The notes under the pieces: generated by a model
What the model was told of the DNA's origin: nothing
The model's database searches: none
What the model saw: only the letters and a program-made list of their open reading frames with translations
DNA from: Planctomycetota bacterium
Lineage (GTDB): Bacteria > Planctomycetota > UBA1135
Direction: 5' to 3'
Assembly (NCBI GenBank): GCA_004295085.1
Contig: SHNF01000006.1
Coordinates: forward strand, 3,280 to 67,279
Length of the DNA stretch: 64,000 nt
Translations under genes and position numbers: made by a program
Shown here: positions 53,704 through 61,952 of the stretch, in pieces
How positions within the stretch are numbered: position 1 is the stretch's first letter
Layout: the number at the start of each line of letters is the position of its first letter

Positions 53704-53912
53704 ATGCGTGTCGTCGGCTAGCACCGCCTCGCGGCCTTCCTGGTCCAGCACGCCCGGGCCCGCGGAGCGGTCCAGGCATGGCTGGCCGAGGTGGAGCGGG
53801 CGGCCTGGCGCGGCCCGCAGGACGTCCGCGCCCGCTTCCCGCGGGCCAGCACTCTCGACCAGAACCGCTGGTGCTTCGCATCGGCACGCACGCCGAGTAC
53901 GACCGCTGGTAG
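53704..53912 (+). pseudogene. higB: HigB-type (COG4680) toxin remnant
   Basis: MRVVG*HRLAAFLVQHARARGAVQAWLAEVERAAWRGPQDVRARFPRASTLDQNRW, then a shifted frame gives VLRIGTHAEYDRW*. The lesions are TAG at codon 6 plus loss of about 20 central codons with a frameshift. Confidence 0.6.
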
Positions 53913-53926
53913 CGCCTCTTCCCGCC

Positions 53927-55105
53927 ATGCCGCTTCGCCCCATCCGCACCGCCGCCGAGCACCAGCGGGCCCACGCCGAGCTGGAGCGGCTGATGGCCCG
54001 CAATCCACAGCCGGGCAGCCCGGAGGCTGACCGCATGGAGGTCCTCGCCCTCCTGATCGAGAAATACGAGGGGGAGCACTTCAGTCTCGGCGCGCCCGAC
54101 CCGGCCAGCGCCATCCGCTTCCGCATGGACCAGCTCGGCCTGCGCCCTCGCGACCTGGCGGCGCTGATCGGCAGCCGCAGCAAGGTCTCGGAGATCCTCT
54201 CCGGCCAGCGTTCGCTGTCGCTGCGGATGATCCGCGCCCTGCACCGGAGCCTCGGCATCCCAGCCGAGATCCTGCTGGCGGAGCCCGGAGCTCCAGCGAC
54301 CCCGCCCAGCACGCAGGCAGGCCCCAAGAACCACTACGAGCGCCTCCTTCGACGTTCCACCACGCGCACGTCCACTCTGGTCCGTGAAGGCAGCAAGCGC
54401 GCGCCGCGCCGGCCTCGATCACCCGAGCCTCCGCACCCAGCCATCCATCTCCGGAGCAGCCGCAAGACCAACAACGCTGCGCTCGCCGCATGGACGCGCC
54501 GCGTCCTTGCTCGAGCCCGTGCGCACCCCGGACGCCGCAGCCCGAAGCCTCCAGACCACACCCGCGTCACACCCTCCCTCCTGCGCGAGCTCGTGGCTCT
54601 GAGCCCGCAGCCGCGCGGCCCGCTCCTGGCCCGCGATCTCCTGCGCCGCCGCGGCATCCCCCTGATTCTCGAGCCGGCACCTCCGCGCACCTGGCTCGAC
54701 GGCGCCCTGCTGCGCGACGGCGACACGCTGGTCGTGGCCCTCACGCTGCGCCGCGACCGCGTGGACCGCTTCTGGCTCACGCTGCTGCACGAGCTGGCCC
54801 ACGCTTCCCTCCATCTCCGCCTCCGCCCGCCGCTGCACGCCTTCCTGGACGACCTCGACAGCGCCGCCGCCGACCTCCTCGAAATCGAGGCCGACGTCGT
54901 GGTGCGCACCGCCATCGTCCCGCCCAGCGCCTCCAGCCTGCTGTCCCGCTGCCACGACGCCCCCTCGACCCGCGCCGTCGCCGAGACGCTCGGCATCCAC
55001 CCCGCCCTCCTCGCCGCGCGCATCCAGGAGGACCGGCACAACTACCGGATCCTGCGCGGGCTGCTGGCAGGACCATCCGTCCGCCGAATGCTTGCACTCA
55101 AATAG
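53927..55105 (+). CDS. HigA-like HTH antitoxin domain fused to an ImmA/IrrE-like HExxH domain
   Basis: N-terminus MPLRPIRTAAEHQRAHAELERLM...IEKYEGEHF...LGLRPRDLAALIGSRSKVSEILSGQRSLSLRMI, C-terminus FWLTLLHELAHASLH...EIEAD. The ATG 53927 lies inside the listed ORF 53666..55105. Confidence 0.8.
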   Translation: MPLRPIRTAAEHQRAHAELERLMARNPQPGSPEADRMEVLALLIEKYEGEHFSLGAPDPASAIRFRMDQLGLRPRDLAALIGSRSKVSEILSGQRSLSLRMIRALHRSLGIPAEILLAEPGAPATPPSTQAGPKNHYERLLRRSTTRTSTLVREGSKRAPRRPRSPEPPHPAIHLRSSRKTNNAALAAWTRRVLARARAHPGRRSPKPPDHTRVTPSLLRELVALSPQPRGPLLARDLLRRRGIPLILEPAPPRTWLDGALLRDGDTLVVALTLRRDRVDRFWLTLLHELAHASLHLRLRPPLHAFLDDLDSAAADLLEIEADVVVRTAIVPPSASSLLSRCHDAPSTRAVAETLGIHPALLAARIQEDRHNYRILRGLLAGPSVRRMLALK

Positions 55106-55155
55106 GCTCCTGCTCGCAGGCCGCTCCACGCGATACTGCTCGCAGCACGCAGACC

Positions 55156-55752
55156 ATGATGGCTGTAACTCCGCAGGTCGTGGTGATCGCCGGGCCGAAT
55201 GGCGCGGGTAAGACCTCTGCAGCCCCCGAGCTATTACGCGATGCGGTGGGAATCGACGCCTTCGTGAATGCGGACGTGATCGCAGCAGGCCTCTCCGGCT
55301 TCAGCCCTGAGTCGGCGGCCTTTGAAGCCGGCCGCATCATGCTGCGCCGCCTCGAGGAGCTGGCACGCAACCGCGAGGATCTCGCCTTCGAGAGCACGCT
55401 TGCTGGCCTGGCGACCTACCGGTTCCTGACGAAATTGGTGAAGAACGGTTACGACTGCCACATCTACTATCTTTGGTTGCCATCACCCGAATTGGCGATT
55501 GCCCGCGTACGCGAGCGGGTCCAGGCGGGTGGGCATGATGTGCCGGAACCCACGATCCGCAGGCGCTTCCGACGGAGCCTCGTCAACTTCGACCGTCTCT
55601 ACCGGCCGCTGGCGACGACCTGGCGGCTGTACGATGGTGGCGTGCCTGGCGACCGTCCGCTCATCGCACACGGAAAAGGAGCAGGACGGCCGGTGGTGCT
55701 GAACGAGGCAACGTGGCAGCAGATCCGCAAGCAAGTCGAGGAAAGCGCATGA
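55156..55752 (+). CDS. Zeta-toxin-like P-loop ATPase (COG4185 type)
   Basis: VVVIAGPNGAGKTS Walker A, LAFESTLAG, and about 198 aa. Confidence 0.8.
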   Translation: MMAVTPQVVVIAGPNGAGKTSAAPELLRDAVGIDAFVNADVIAAGLSGFSPESAAFEAGRIMLRRLEELARNREDLAFESTLAGLATYRFLTKLVKNGYDCHIYYLWLPSPELAIARVRERVQAGGHDVPEPTIRRRFRRSLVNFDRLYRPLATTWRLYDGGVPGDRPLIAHGKGAGRPVVLNEATWQQIRKQVEESA

Positions 55753-55973
55753 GCCGGCGACCCGGAAGGGACGTCGAGCGGATCCTTCGGGACGGGACGC
55801 GCATCGACCAGGCGGTCATCGCCGCGTTCCGTCGCGTCATCCTGGAGCACCGGCGCATGGGAAGACCCCTCGTCATCTGGCGCGATGGACGTGTGGTCGA
55901 GGTGCCCGCCGATAGCGTCGAGCTGCCGGCCGTCGGCGGCAGCAGGCGCTCAGCGAACCACAAGCGCTCGTAG
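55749..55973 (+). CDS. Small hypothetical protein coupled to the ATPase gene
   Basis: ATG 55749 overlaps the TGA of the ATPase gene (ATGA). MSRRPGRDVERILRDGTRIDQAVIAAFRRVILEHRRMGRPLVIWRDGRVVEV..., 74 aa. Confidence 0.55.
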   Translation: MSRRPGRDVERILRDGTRIDQAVIAAFRRVILEHRRMGRPLVIWRDGRVVEVPADSVELPAVGGSRRSANHKRS

Positions 55974-56699
55974 GACGAGGCACCGCCGGTCGAGCTGGCG
56001 GACGGACCAGCCGCCCCGCAGCACCTCGGTCTCGTAGAAGCGGCGCGCGCGCTCATTCTTGACAGCAAGCAGTCGCACGTAGGCCGACCAGGGCAAAGGA
56101 AAGTGAGCGGCGAGCAGCGCCAGAGTCGATTCTTCAGACGGTGTCTGAAGAATCGCGCGCATCGACTCGTGCGACGCTCTCGAGCGAGCTTGGGAGATGA
56201 GACCTCGCCCGGCCTCCGCGCCAGGAGTGCGCAATGCTGTTGCGGACCCTTCGCCGCCGCCGGGGAGGGAATTACGCGACGCCGTCGCGTAATTCAGGTC
56301 CGCAGGATAGGCCAGAGAAAACAGGCGGAACCGCTGCAGATTGTCGACTCCGAATCCGCGCCCGAACCTGACGGTCAGATCGGCCGCCAGCCGCTTCAGC
56401 AGGGCTTCCCCATACTCCGCCCGCACGCTCCCTCCCTGCTCGTACTCCACGATCCTCCGGCCGATCTCCCAGTACGTCGCAGTCATGACTGCGTTGACGG
56501 CGCGGGCCGAGGTCCGTCGCGCCTGCTCGAGCAACTCCCCGATGCCGCCGACCAGACCACGATAGGGTTCGTCGCCGGGCGGCAGGGGCACTGCAGTCCG
56601 ATCACGAGGCCCGTCCATGTCTGCACCGCTGGGCTCACGTGGGGCTCCTCTCCGCTCCCTCGCGGCGTCTCGATTTCCAGCTCTAGTGCTTCTCGCCAT
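55950..56699 (-). pseudogene. DUF1016/YhcG-family gene lacking its PDDEXK nuclease half
   Basis: An N-domain-like sequence (AVNAVMTATYWEIGRRIVEYEQ...LPWSAYVRLLAVKNERARRFYETEVLRGGWSVRQLDRR) runs into unrelated residues and a stop where the nuclease domain should begin. Its tail overlaps the + strand small ORF. Confidence 0.65.
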
Positions 56700-56755
56700 C
56701 CGCTGCTCTTTCGCAGTGGATGACGGTTTGGGTAGCCAGGGTTACGCAGATTCAA
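56693..56755. repeat. 62-nt direct repeat, copy B
   Basis: ctcgccatccgc...GATGACGGTTTgGGtagcCAGGGTTACGCAgattca. It covers the first codons and upstream leader of the DUF1016 remnant (minus strand). Confidence 0.6.
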
Positions 56756-56861
56756 TTCGGGAGGATGAGACCTCGTTTCGAAACCTTTTGTTCTTGATTC
56801 GAGAGGGTAATATCCGGTCCTCATCAGCAGAGCTCAAGGTATGGTATTTTATAAAGATGGC

Positions 56862-56889
56862 TTGATAGAACATCCACTTGAAATACAAT
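56862..56889 (+). promoter_or_regulatory. Sigma-70-like promoter abutting the abiEi start
   Basis: TTGATA-N16-TACAAT, with 6 nt between the -10 element and ATG 56896. Confidence 0.5.
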
Positions 56890-56895
56890 GCACGA

Positions 56896-57696
56896 ATGAA
56901 GCGCGGGCTTGGACGATTGGAAGCGCAAGCGCTTGCCTACCTGCAGATGCGGAGGCAGGAGCTCGTGCGCACGGGCGGCCTGGCCGGCCCGTTGCGTCTC
57001 CGGCGATTGCAGGAGCGCGAGCTGTTCCGCCGTCTGGCCCGGGGGCGCTGGATTGCGCGGGTACGGCCCGGCCTCTACCTGGTGCCGCAGCGGCTGCCGC
57101 TCGGAGGCTCGTGGAGCCCCGGCGAGGCGCTCGCGCTCCGCGCCCTGTTCGAGGACCGCAAGGGGCGCTACCAGCTCACCGGGCCCAACGCTTTCCAGCG
57201 CTACGGCTTCGAGGACCAGGTGCCGGCCCGCCTCTACGTGTACAACAACCGGTTCTCCGGACGGCGAGCGATCGGCGCAGTGGCGCTCACGCTGATCAAG
57301 GTCGCGGACCGGCGCCTTGGAGAGACCGAGACCGTCCGCACGGCGGACGGCTTGACCGTCGTCTACTCGTCGCGTGTGCGCACCCTCGTGGACGCCGTCT
57401 ACGACTGGTCGCGCTTCAACAGCCTGCCCCGCGCCTTCGGCTGGATCCGGGCCGACCTGGCGGCACGGCGTGTCCGGCCGGCCGAGCTGGTTCGCGTCGC
57501 CCTGCGCTACGGTGACGTCGGCACCCTCCGGCGGCTGGGCGCGCTGCTGGAGCGGGAGGGCGTCTCCGCCGCGCAGTTGCGCAGGCTGCGCAGCGCGCTC
57601 CGGCCCACGACCGGCCTGATCCCCTGGGATCCCACGCGTCCGAAGCGCGGCACCCTCGACCGTCGCTGGGGGGTCGTCTGGAATGAGCGCGCCTGA
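56896..57696 (+). CDS. abiEi: AbiEi-family antitoxin (type IV TA)
   Basis: N-terminal wHTH-like region (LEAQALAYLQMRRQELV...LRRLQERELFRRLARGRWIARVRPGLYLV) and a C-terminal domain with RTLVDAV. It overlaps the AbiEii gene by 14 nt. Confidence 0.8.
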   Translation: MKRGLGRLEAQALAYLQMRRQELVRTGGLAGPLRLRRLQERELFRRLARGRWIARVRPGLYLVPQRLPLGGSWSPGEALALRALFEDRKGRYQLTGPNAFQRYGFEDQVPARLYVYNNRFSGRRAIGAVALTLIKVADRRLGETETVRTADGLTVVYSSRVRTLVDAVYDWSRFNSLPRAFGWIRADLAARRVRPAELVRVALRYGDVGTLRRLGALLEREGVSAAQLRRLRSALRPTTGLIPWDPTRPKRGTLDRRWGVVWNERA

Positions 57697-58564
57697 GGCC
57701 GTACCGCTCCGGTTCCACGAAGATGCGGAGTTCTTCCGCGAGGCCGTGAGCTTCACGGCCGCGGAGACCGGGTTCGCTGCGAGATTGATCGAGGAGGACT
57801 ACTGCTGCACGGCCCTGCTGCAGTACCTGGCGTCGGGGTCTCCGGCCCTGGTCTTCAAGGGCGGCACCTGTCTCGCCAAGGTGCACTCCGGCTTCTACCG
57901 CATGAGCGAGGATCTCGACTTCCTGCTCCCGGCGCGGACCAGCGCATCCCGCCCGGAGCGGCGGCGGCACGCTGCCCCGACCAGGGCGGCGGTCGCCAGA
58001 CTGGGCGAGCAACTCTCGGGCCTGGAGCTTGCCGCGCCGCTGCAGGGTGCGAATGACTGCAGCCAGTACGCCGCCGCCATCACCTACAGGTCGCACTTCG
58101 GCTCGCCCCAGGAGTCCATCTGGATCGAGATCGGGCTGCGTGAGCCTCTCCTCTCCGACGCCGTGGCTGGCTCCGCCCACACGCTGGCCCTGGATCCGGT
58201 CAGCGGCTCAACTCTCGTTCCTCCCATCCAAGTCCCGTGCCTCTCCCGCCGGGAAGCCATGGCGGAGAAGCTGCGCGCCGCGCTCACCCGGCGCGTTGTC
58301 GCCATCCGGGACTTCAATGACGTGGATCACGCGGTCCGCCATGCAGGCCTCCAGGTCCTGGAGCCGGAGCTCCTGGCCCTCGTGCGACGGAAGCTGGCTG
58401 TGCCCGGGAACGAGCCCGCAGATGTCTCGCCGGCGCGCCTCGCCGCCCTCAAGCCTCAGCTCGAGGCGCAGCTCAGACCGGTGCTGCGCGACCGCGATTT
58501 CGCGGCCTTCGACTTGAAGCGCGCCTTTCAAACTGTGACCGCCGTGGCCGCCGCCCTCGGTTGA
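57683..58564 (+). CDS. abiEii: AbiEii/AbiGii-family nucleotidyltransferase toxin
   Basis: LVFKGGTCLAK...YRMSEDLDFL is the NTase signature typical of DUF1814/AbiEii. Confidence 0.85.
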   Translation: MSAPEAVPLRFHEDAEFFREAVSFTAAETGFAARLIEEDYCCTALLQYLASGSPALVFKGGTCLAKVHSGFYRMSEDLDFLLPARTSASRPERRRHAAPTRAAVARLGEQLSGLELAAPLQGANDCSQYAAAITYRSHFGSPQESIWIEIGLREPLLSDAVAGSAHTLALDPVSGSTLVPPIQVPCLSRREAMAEKLRAALTRRVVAIRDFNDVDHAVRHAGLQVLEPELLALVRRKLAVPGNEPADVSPARLAALKPQLEAQLRPVLRDRDFAAFDLKRAFQTVTAVAAALG

Positions 58565-58772
58565 GCCTGCGACCGGAGAGGGCCACGAGTCGTTTGCCGG
58601 CGCGCAGGGCCGGCACCAGGTCGGTGTCGCCGGAGACCAATACGATCGTGTCGACCGCCGGATCGAGCATGCCCTCGAGGATCGCCACCGCGATGGCGAC
58701 GTCGGTTTCCTTCTCCTCCAAGCGGTCGTAGGCCTGCCCGCCGATCTTGCAGACCTGCGTGCAGGCCTTGAA
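58565..58772 (-). pseudogene. NYN-domain (LabA-like) fragment
   Basis: *FKACTQVCKIGGQAYDRLEEKETDVAIAVAILEGMLDPAVDTIVLVSGDTDLVPALRAGKRLV... has a stop immediately upstream and lacks both the N-terminal half and the proper C-terminus. Confidence 0.5.
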
Positions 58773-58786
58773 CTAGCCGTGGCGCG

Positions 58787-59020
58787 CTAGTCCGACAACC
58801 AGTCTGCGACCTTGTCCCAACGGCGCCAGCGGTGGTACTTGCCACTGGCAGGACGCCAGCGGAGACCCCCGACACTCACCACGAGCGTGCCAAGTTTCTG
58901 CTCCTTGCGCTTCCACTTGCGCCACACCTCGAAGCTCACGCCCGTCCTGGTCACCTCAAACCACTGATCCACGTTGGCGTAAACCCACTTAGTTGGACGC
59001 CCAGGCTGTCTACCTCGCAT
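58787..59020 (-). CDS. Small hypothetical Trp/Arg/Lys-rich protein (77 aa)
   Basis: GAGGAGG SD 5 nt before ATG 59020. MRGRQPGRPTKWVYANVDQWFEVTRTGVSFEVWRKWKRKEQKLGTLV... Confidence 0.6.
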   Translation of the reverse strand: MRGRQPGRPTKWVYANVDQWFEVTRTGVSFEVWRKWKRKEQKLGTLVVSVGGLRWRPASGKYHRWRRWDKVADWLSD

Positions 59021-59100
59021 GCTTACCTCCTCTGGCCTCAGTGGCCGCAGATGCGGTCCGGTTACCTCTGTGAACTAGCTTTCGGGTTCCAGATCGCGCT

Positions 59101-59425
59101 CTAGCCATGGTAGAACCCGCGGACCGAAACCGGCAGGTCGAGCCAGGCAGGAAGACCCTTCGAATACCTCCCGGCGTGGATCTCGACCCCGGAGAAGGTG
59201 TGGCCTTCGGGCCTTCGCTTCGAGCACGCCGACAGCCTTCCCCTCCAAGAACATCAGGTAGTCCGCGAACCCGCAGCCAGTAGTGAGCTTGAACTCGCGC
59301 ACGGCGATACCCCGGCCGGCTGATAGATTCATCTCGTCCCTGTCCTGCACCATCCAACCCGCTTCGATGAGCGCAGTATCGATCTGCGCCCCTGGACTTC
59401 TGCTCCGGCGTGCTCGCAGGAGGGC
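59101..59425 (-). pseudogene. N-terminal fragment of a type I/III restriction-helicase (HsdR/COG4096-like) gene
   Basis: GAQIDTALIEAGWMVQDRDEMNLSAGRGIAVREFKLTTGCGFADYLMFLEGKAVGVLEAK, then a 1-nt frameshift gives PEGHTFSGVEIHAGRYSKGLPAWLDLPVSVRGFYHG*. The helicase body is absent. Confidence 0.6.
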
Positions 59426-59541
59426 TCATCGCTTGCCAACCGTGCTAGCCCGATACCTCACCAGCAAAGCATCAGGTACGCCTGCTGCGACCCCTCCGGC
59501 CTTGCAGTCCATGAGCGCGAGCAATTCGTGGCGTTCCTGGA

Positions 59542-61314
59542 TCACTGCTCCTCCACTAATCCACCAGCTTCAGGCGCAACGCTGAGGATCCTGCGGAGCC
59601 GATCGGCAAGTCGTTTTCGTCGGGACGTGTAGAACCTGTCGAAGGCTCTCATTGCCTCGGGCACAACACCTAGTTCATGTAGCTCGCAAAAGTTCGCTCG
59701 CGCTGTTCTGGCGGGATACTTCTCTGACAGCCACTCGTTCGGAAGCTTCGCCCTCTTCGACTCGTTCGCTGGACCTTCTAGTAACTGGAGGTTCGCAAGT
59801 CGCTCACACTTGTCAATGTAGTCGTCTCGCTGCTCCTCCGAAATCCCGGCGGTACGCAGTCGGGTGGGCGTGAACCGGGCTTTAGGAAAGACGTGGTCAA
59901 CGTGAAACACGTTACGCACATCGACGTGAGGAAAGAGTAGCGCGAGTATTGCGAAGGTTCTCTTGTCGCCGTACCTGATGTCCAACAGATCCTCGATCTC
60001 CTCCTCGGTGAAACGAATGGACTTACCTCGCTTTGCCATCGCCGCTTCGATGTTTTCAATGGGGAAGCCTCGGTCTGCGCGCTCCTGGAGACTAGTGCGC
60101 AGGGCGAGGAGCAGCGTGTCCAAGCCGCTGCCCCAAACGCCGGCTTTGACGAGCGAACGGCAGACCCAGCCGCGGAGTAGCTCCCGATCGTCGCGATGCC
60201 TCGGGCTGGAGAGGTAACTCTCGTCAAAGGCTCGCTTGCATACGTAGTAAGCCACTGGAATGACCACGCTGTCGGCCGTAAGAGTCTGCCCTGAGAAGCC
60301 GAACTGTGCCAGTAGTTCGACGCTCAGTCGAAGCGCTCGGTCGATCTTCTCCCAGTTCTTGGCAAGAGTTTTCATGTTTGTGGCATTGAAGTTGGTGACA
60401 CGGAAGGCCACGCTTTGAATATCCGAGAGCATCAGGCTCGCCTTGAGCACCAAATCCTTTGAGAAACCAAAGCCAGCTCTGATCCCGTTCAGTTCGTCGA
60501 CGAGAGTATGGATGGCTTGCCGCGCATCGCGATCCTTCCACTGAGCTGTAGCAATGCTCAGAAGAAGGTCGGAGTACGTGAGAGGATCGCCGGCGCTATT
60601 CACCCGGATGAAGATGTTTAAGACCTTGTCCAGATCCTGTTCTTTCTCATCGAAGTAAGGAAGCAAAGCCTCTCTATGAACTCTGCCATAGAGCCGATTG
60701 AGCACTCGTGCGGCGTGCTGATCTTGTGCCAAGCGCATCGTCTGGAGAGCAAGGATCACGTCGAAGTCTTCTTTGAAGTCGAACACCTGTGAGACCTTGA
60801 ACCAGTACGTCGTGTCGCTCCGCTCGCTTTCCGCGCGGCCTGGAGTGAGGAAGCGGAAGTCATACTTTAGCCCACGCTCATTCTCAGAAGCTGGAGACAA
60901 GAGGTTGAGATAAAGGTATTTCGTTGGAAATGCGTCGGGATTGTCCCACCGCTTGCGAGGCTCCTTCTCCGCATGATAGCCTCGTAGCCCGATGTTCAGA
61001 CTGGTGAGTCGCTGCTGGCCGTCGAGGATCGCAACGACCGGTTTCAACGGAACATCTAACACTGGACAGTGACGCCTATTTTTCTCGTGGAACTCACGCA
61101 TGAAGCCATACCAGGTGTAGTCCTTAATTCTCCCGGGCTCTACTCTCCAGAAGAGGAAGGACCCGATGGGATAGCCCTGCATGAGGCTGTCGAAGAGCCC
61201 GCATATCTGCTCGGTGTCCCAGGTGAACTCCCGCTGGATTGCAGGAAGGACATAATCCTGGCGCTGTATCGCGTCGAGCGCCTCTTTGATGGTGATTGGA
61301 GTCTGAAACGCCAT
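59542..61314 (-). CDS. GmrSD-like type IV restriction protein (DUF262 + DUF1524)
   Basis: ATG 61314 preceded by GGAGG. PAIQREFTW and ILDGQQRLTSL (DUF262), and C-terminal HVDHVFP...NLQLLEGPANESK (His-Me finger-like). G+C is visibly lower than in the backbone. Confidence 0.85.
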   Translation of the reverse strand: MAFQTPITIKEALDAIQRQDYVLPAIQREFTWDTEQICGLFDSLMQGYPIGSFLFWRVEPGRIKDYTWYGFMREFHEKNRRHCPVLDVPLKPVVAILDGQQRLTSLNIGLRGYHAEKEPRKRWDNPDAFPTKYLYLNLLSPASENERGLKYDFRFLTPGRAESERSDTTYWFKVSQVFDFKEDFDVILALQTMRLAQDQHAARVLNRLYGRVHREALLPYFDEKEQDLDKVLNIFIRVNSAGDPLTYSDLLLSIATAQWKDRDARQAIHTLVDELNGIRAGFGFSKDLVLKASLMLSDIQSVAFRVTNFNATNMKTLAKNWEKIDRALRLSVELLAQFGFSGQTLTADSVVIPVAYYVCKRAFDESYLSSPRHRDDRELLRGWVCRSLVKAGVWGSGLDTLLLALRTSLQERADRGFPIENIEAAMAKRGKSIRFTEEEIEDLLDIRYGDKRTFAILALLFPHVDVRNVFHVDHVFPKARFTPTRLRTAGISEEQRDDYIDKCERLANLQLLEGPANESKRAKLPNEWLSEKYPARTARANFCELHELGVVPEAMRAFDRFYTSRRKRLADRLRRILSVAPEAGGLVEEQ

Positions 61315-61952
61315 GCTCGCCTCCAGGCCTTCGATCGGGTAGATGGGTCGCGTAGCATACAGGCCACGAGAACGATGCCTCTGGCCAAGCACATCGTGGC
61401 TTTTGGTCGAGCACTACGAGCGCTTGGCCGTTCGAACATTCCTCGGTGCGAGTGCGCCATCACGCTGCAGGCTTGATTTGCCGCATCCTTCAAATACCCG
61501 TGCGAGTTTCCGCCGACGATTGGACTAGGAAAGGGGTGCGGCTCGTCGGAGCCTACAGTGACTCTACTCTTGGATCAGTTGTCGGGGGTCAGGTCACCGG
61601 CATGGATCCTTGAGAGGCCGAGGCCGCGGCGCTCGATGCTCTGCGGGCCTTCGCTCCGGAGGCGGATGACCGGGCTGCTGCGCGGCGGCCTTCGGAGAAC
61701 AATCTCCGGATTGCTTTTGGCTAAGACCCAGAATTCCCTGTACTGGCTCGTGCAGTTGGGCTGGATCCTGGAGCCGGACGTGGATGGTGTGCTCGCAGCG
61801 AGCTTCGTGTTGGGCAGTTCTCGAGTGTGAGCATGTTAGAATGAGTCAAGTGAGTTGGCATGACAATGCCGCCGTCGGGGAGCTGACCCACTGGGAAAGG
61901 GGATCGCACTTGGTCTTCGCGTCAGATAAGCAGGCCGAATCGGTGAGACGAG

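Noticed and set aside
61400-61500. tRNA-like string ...GGCCGTTCGAACATTCC... in the gap upstream of the GmrSD-like gene
   Set aside because: There is no complementary T-stem, acceptor stem or anticodon arm. No tRNA, rRNA or tmRNA signature was found in any gap.
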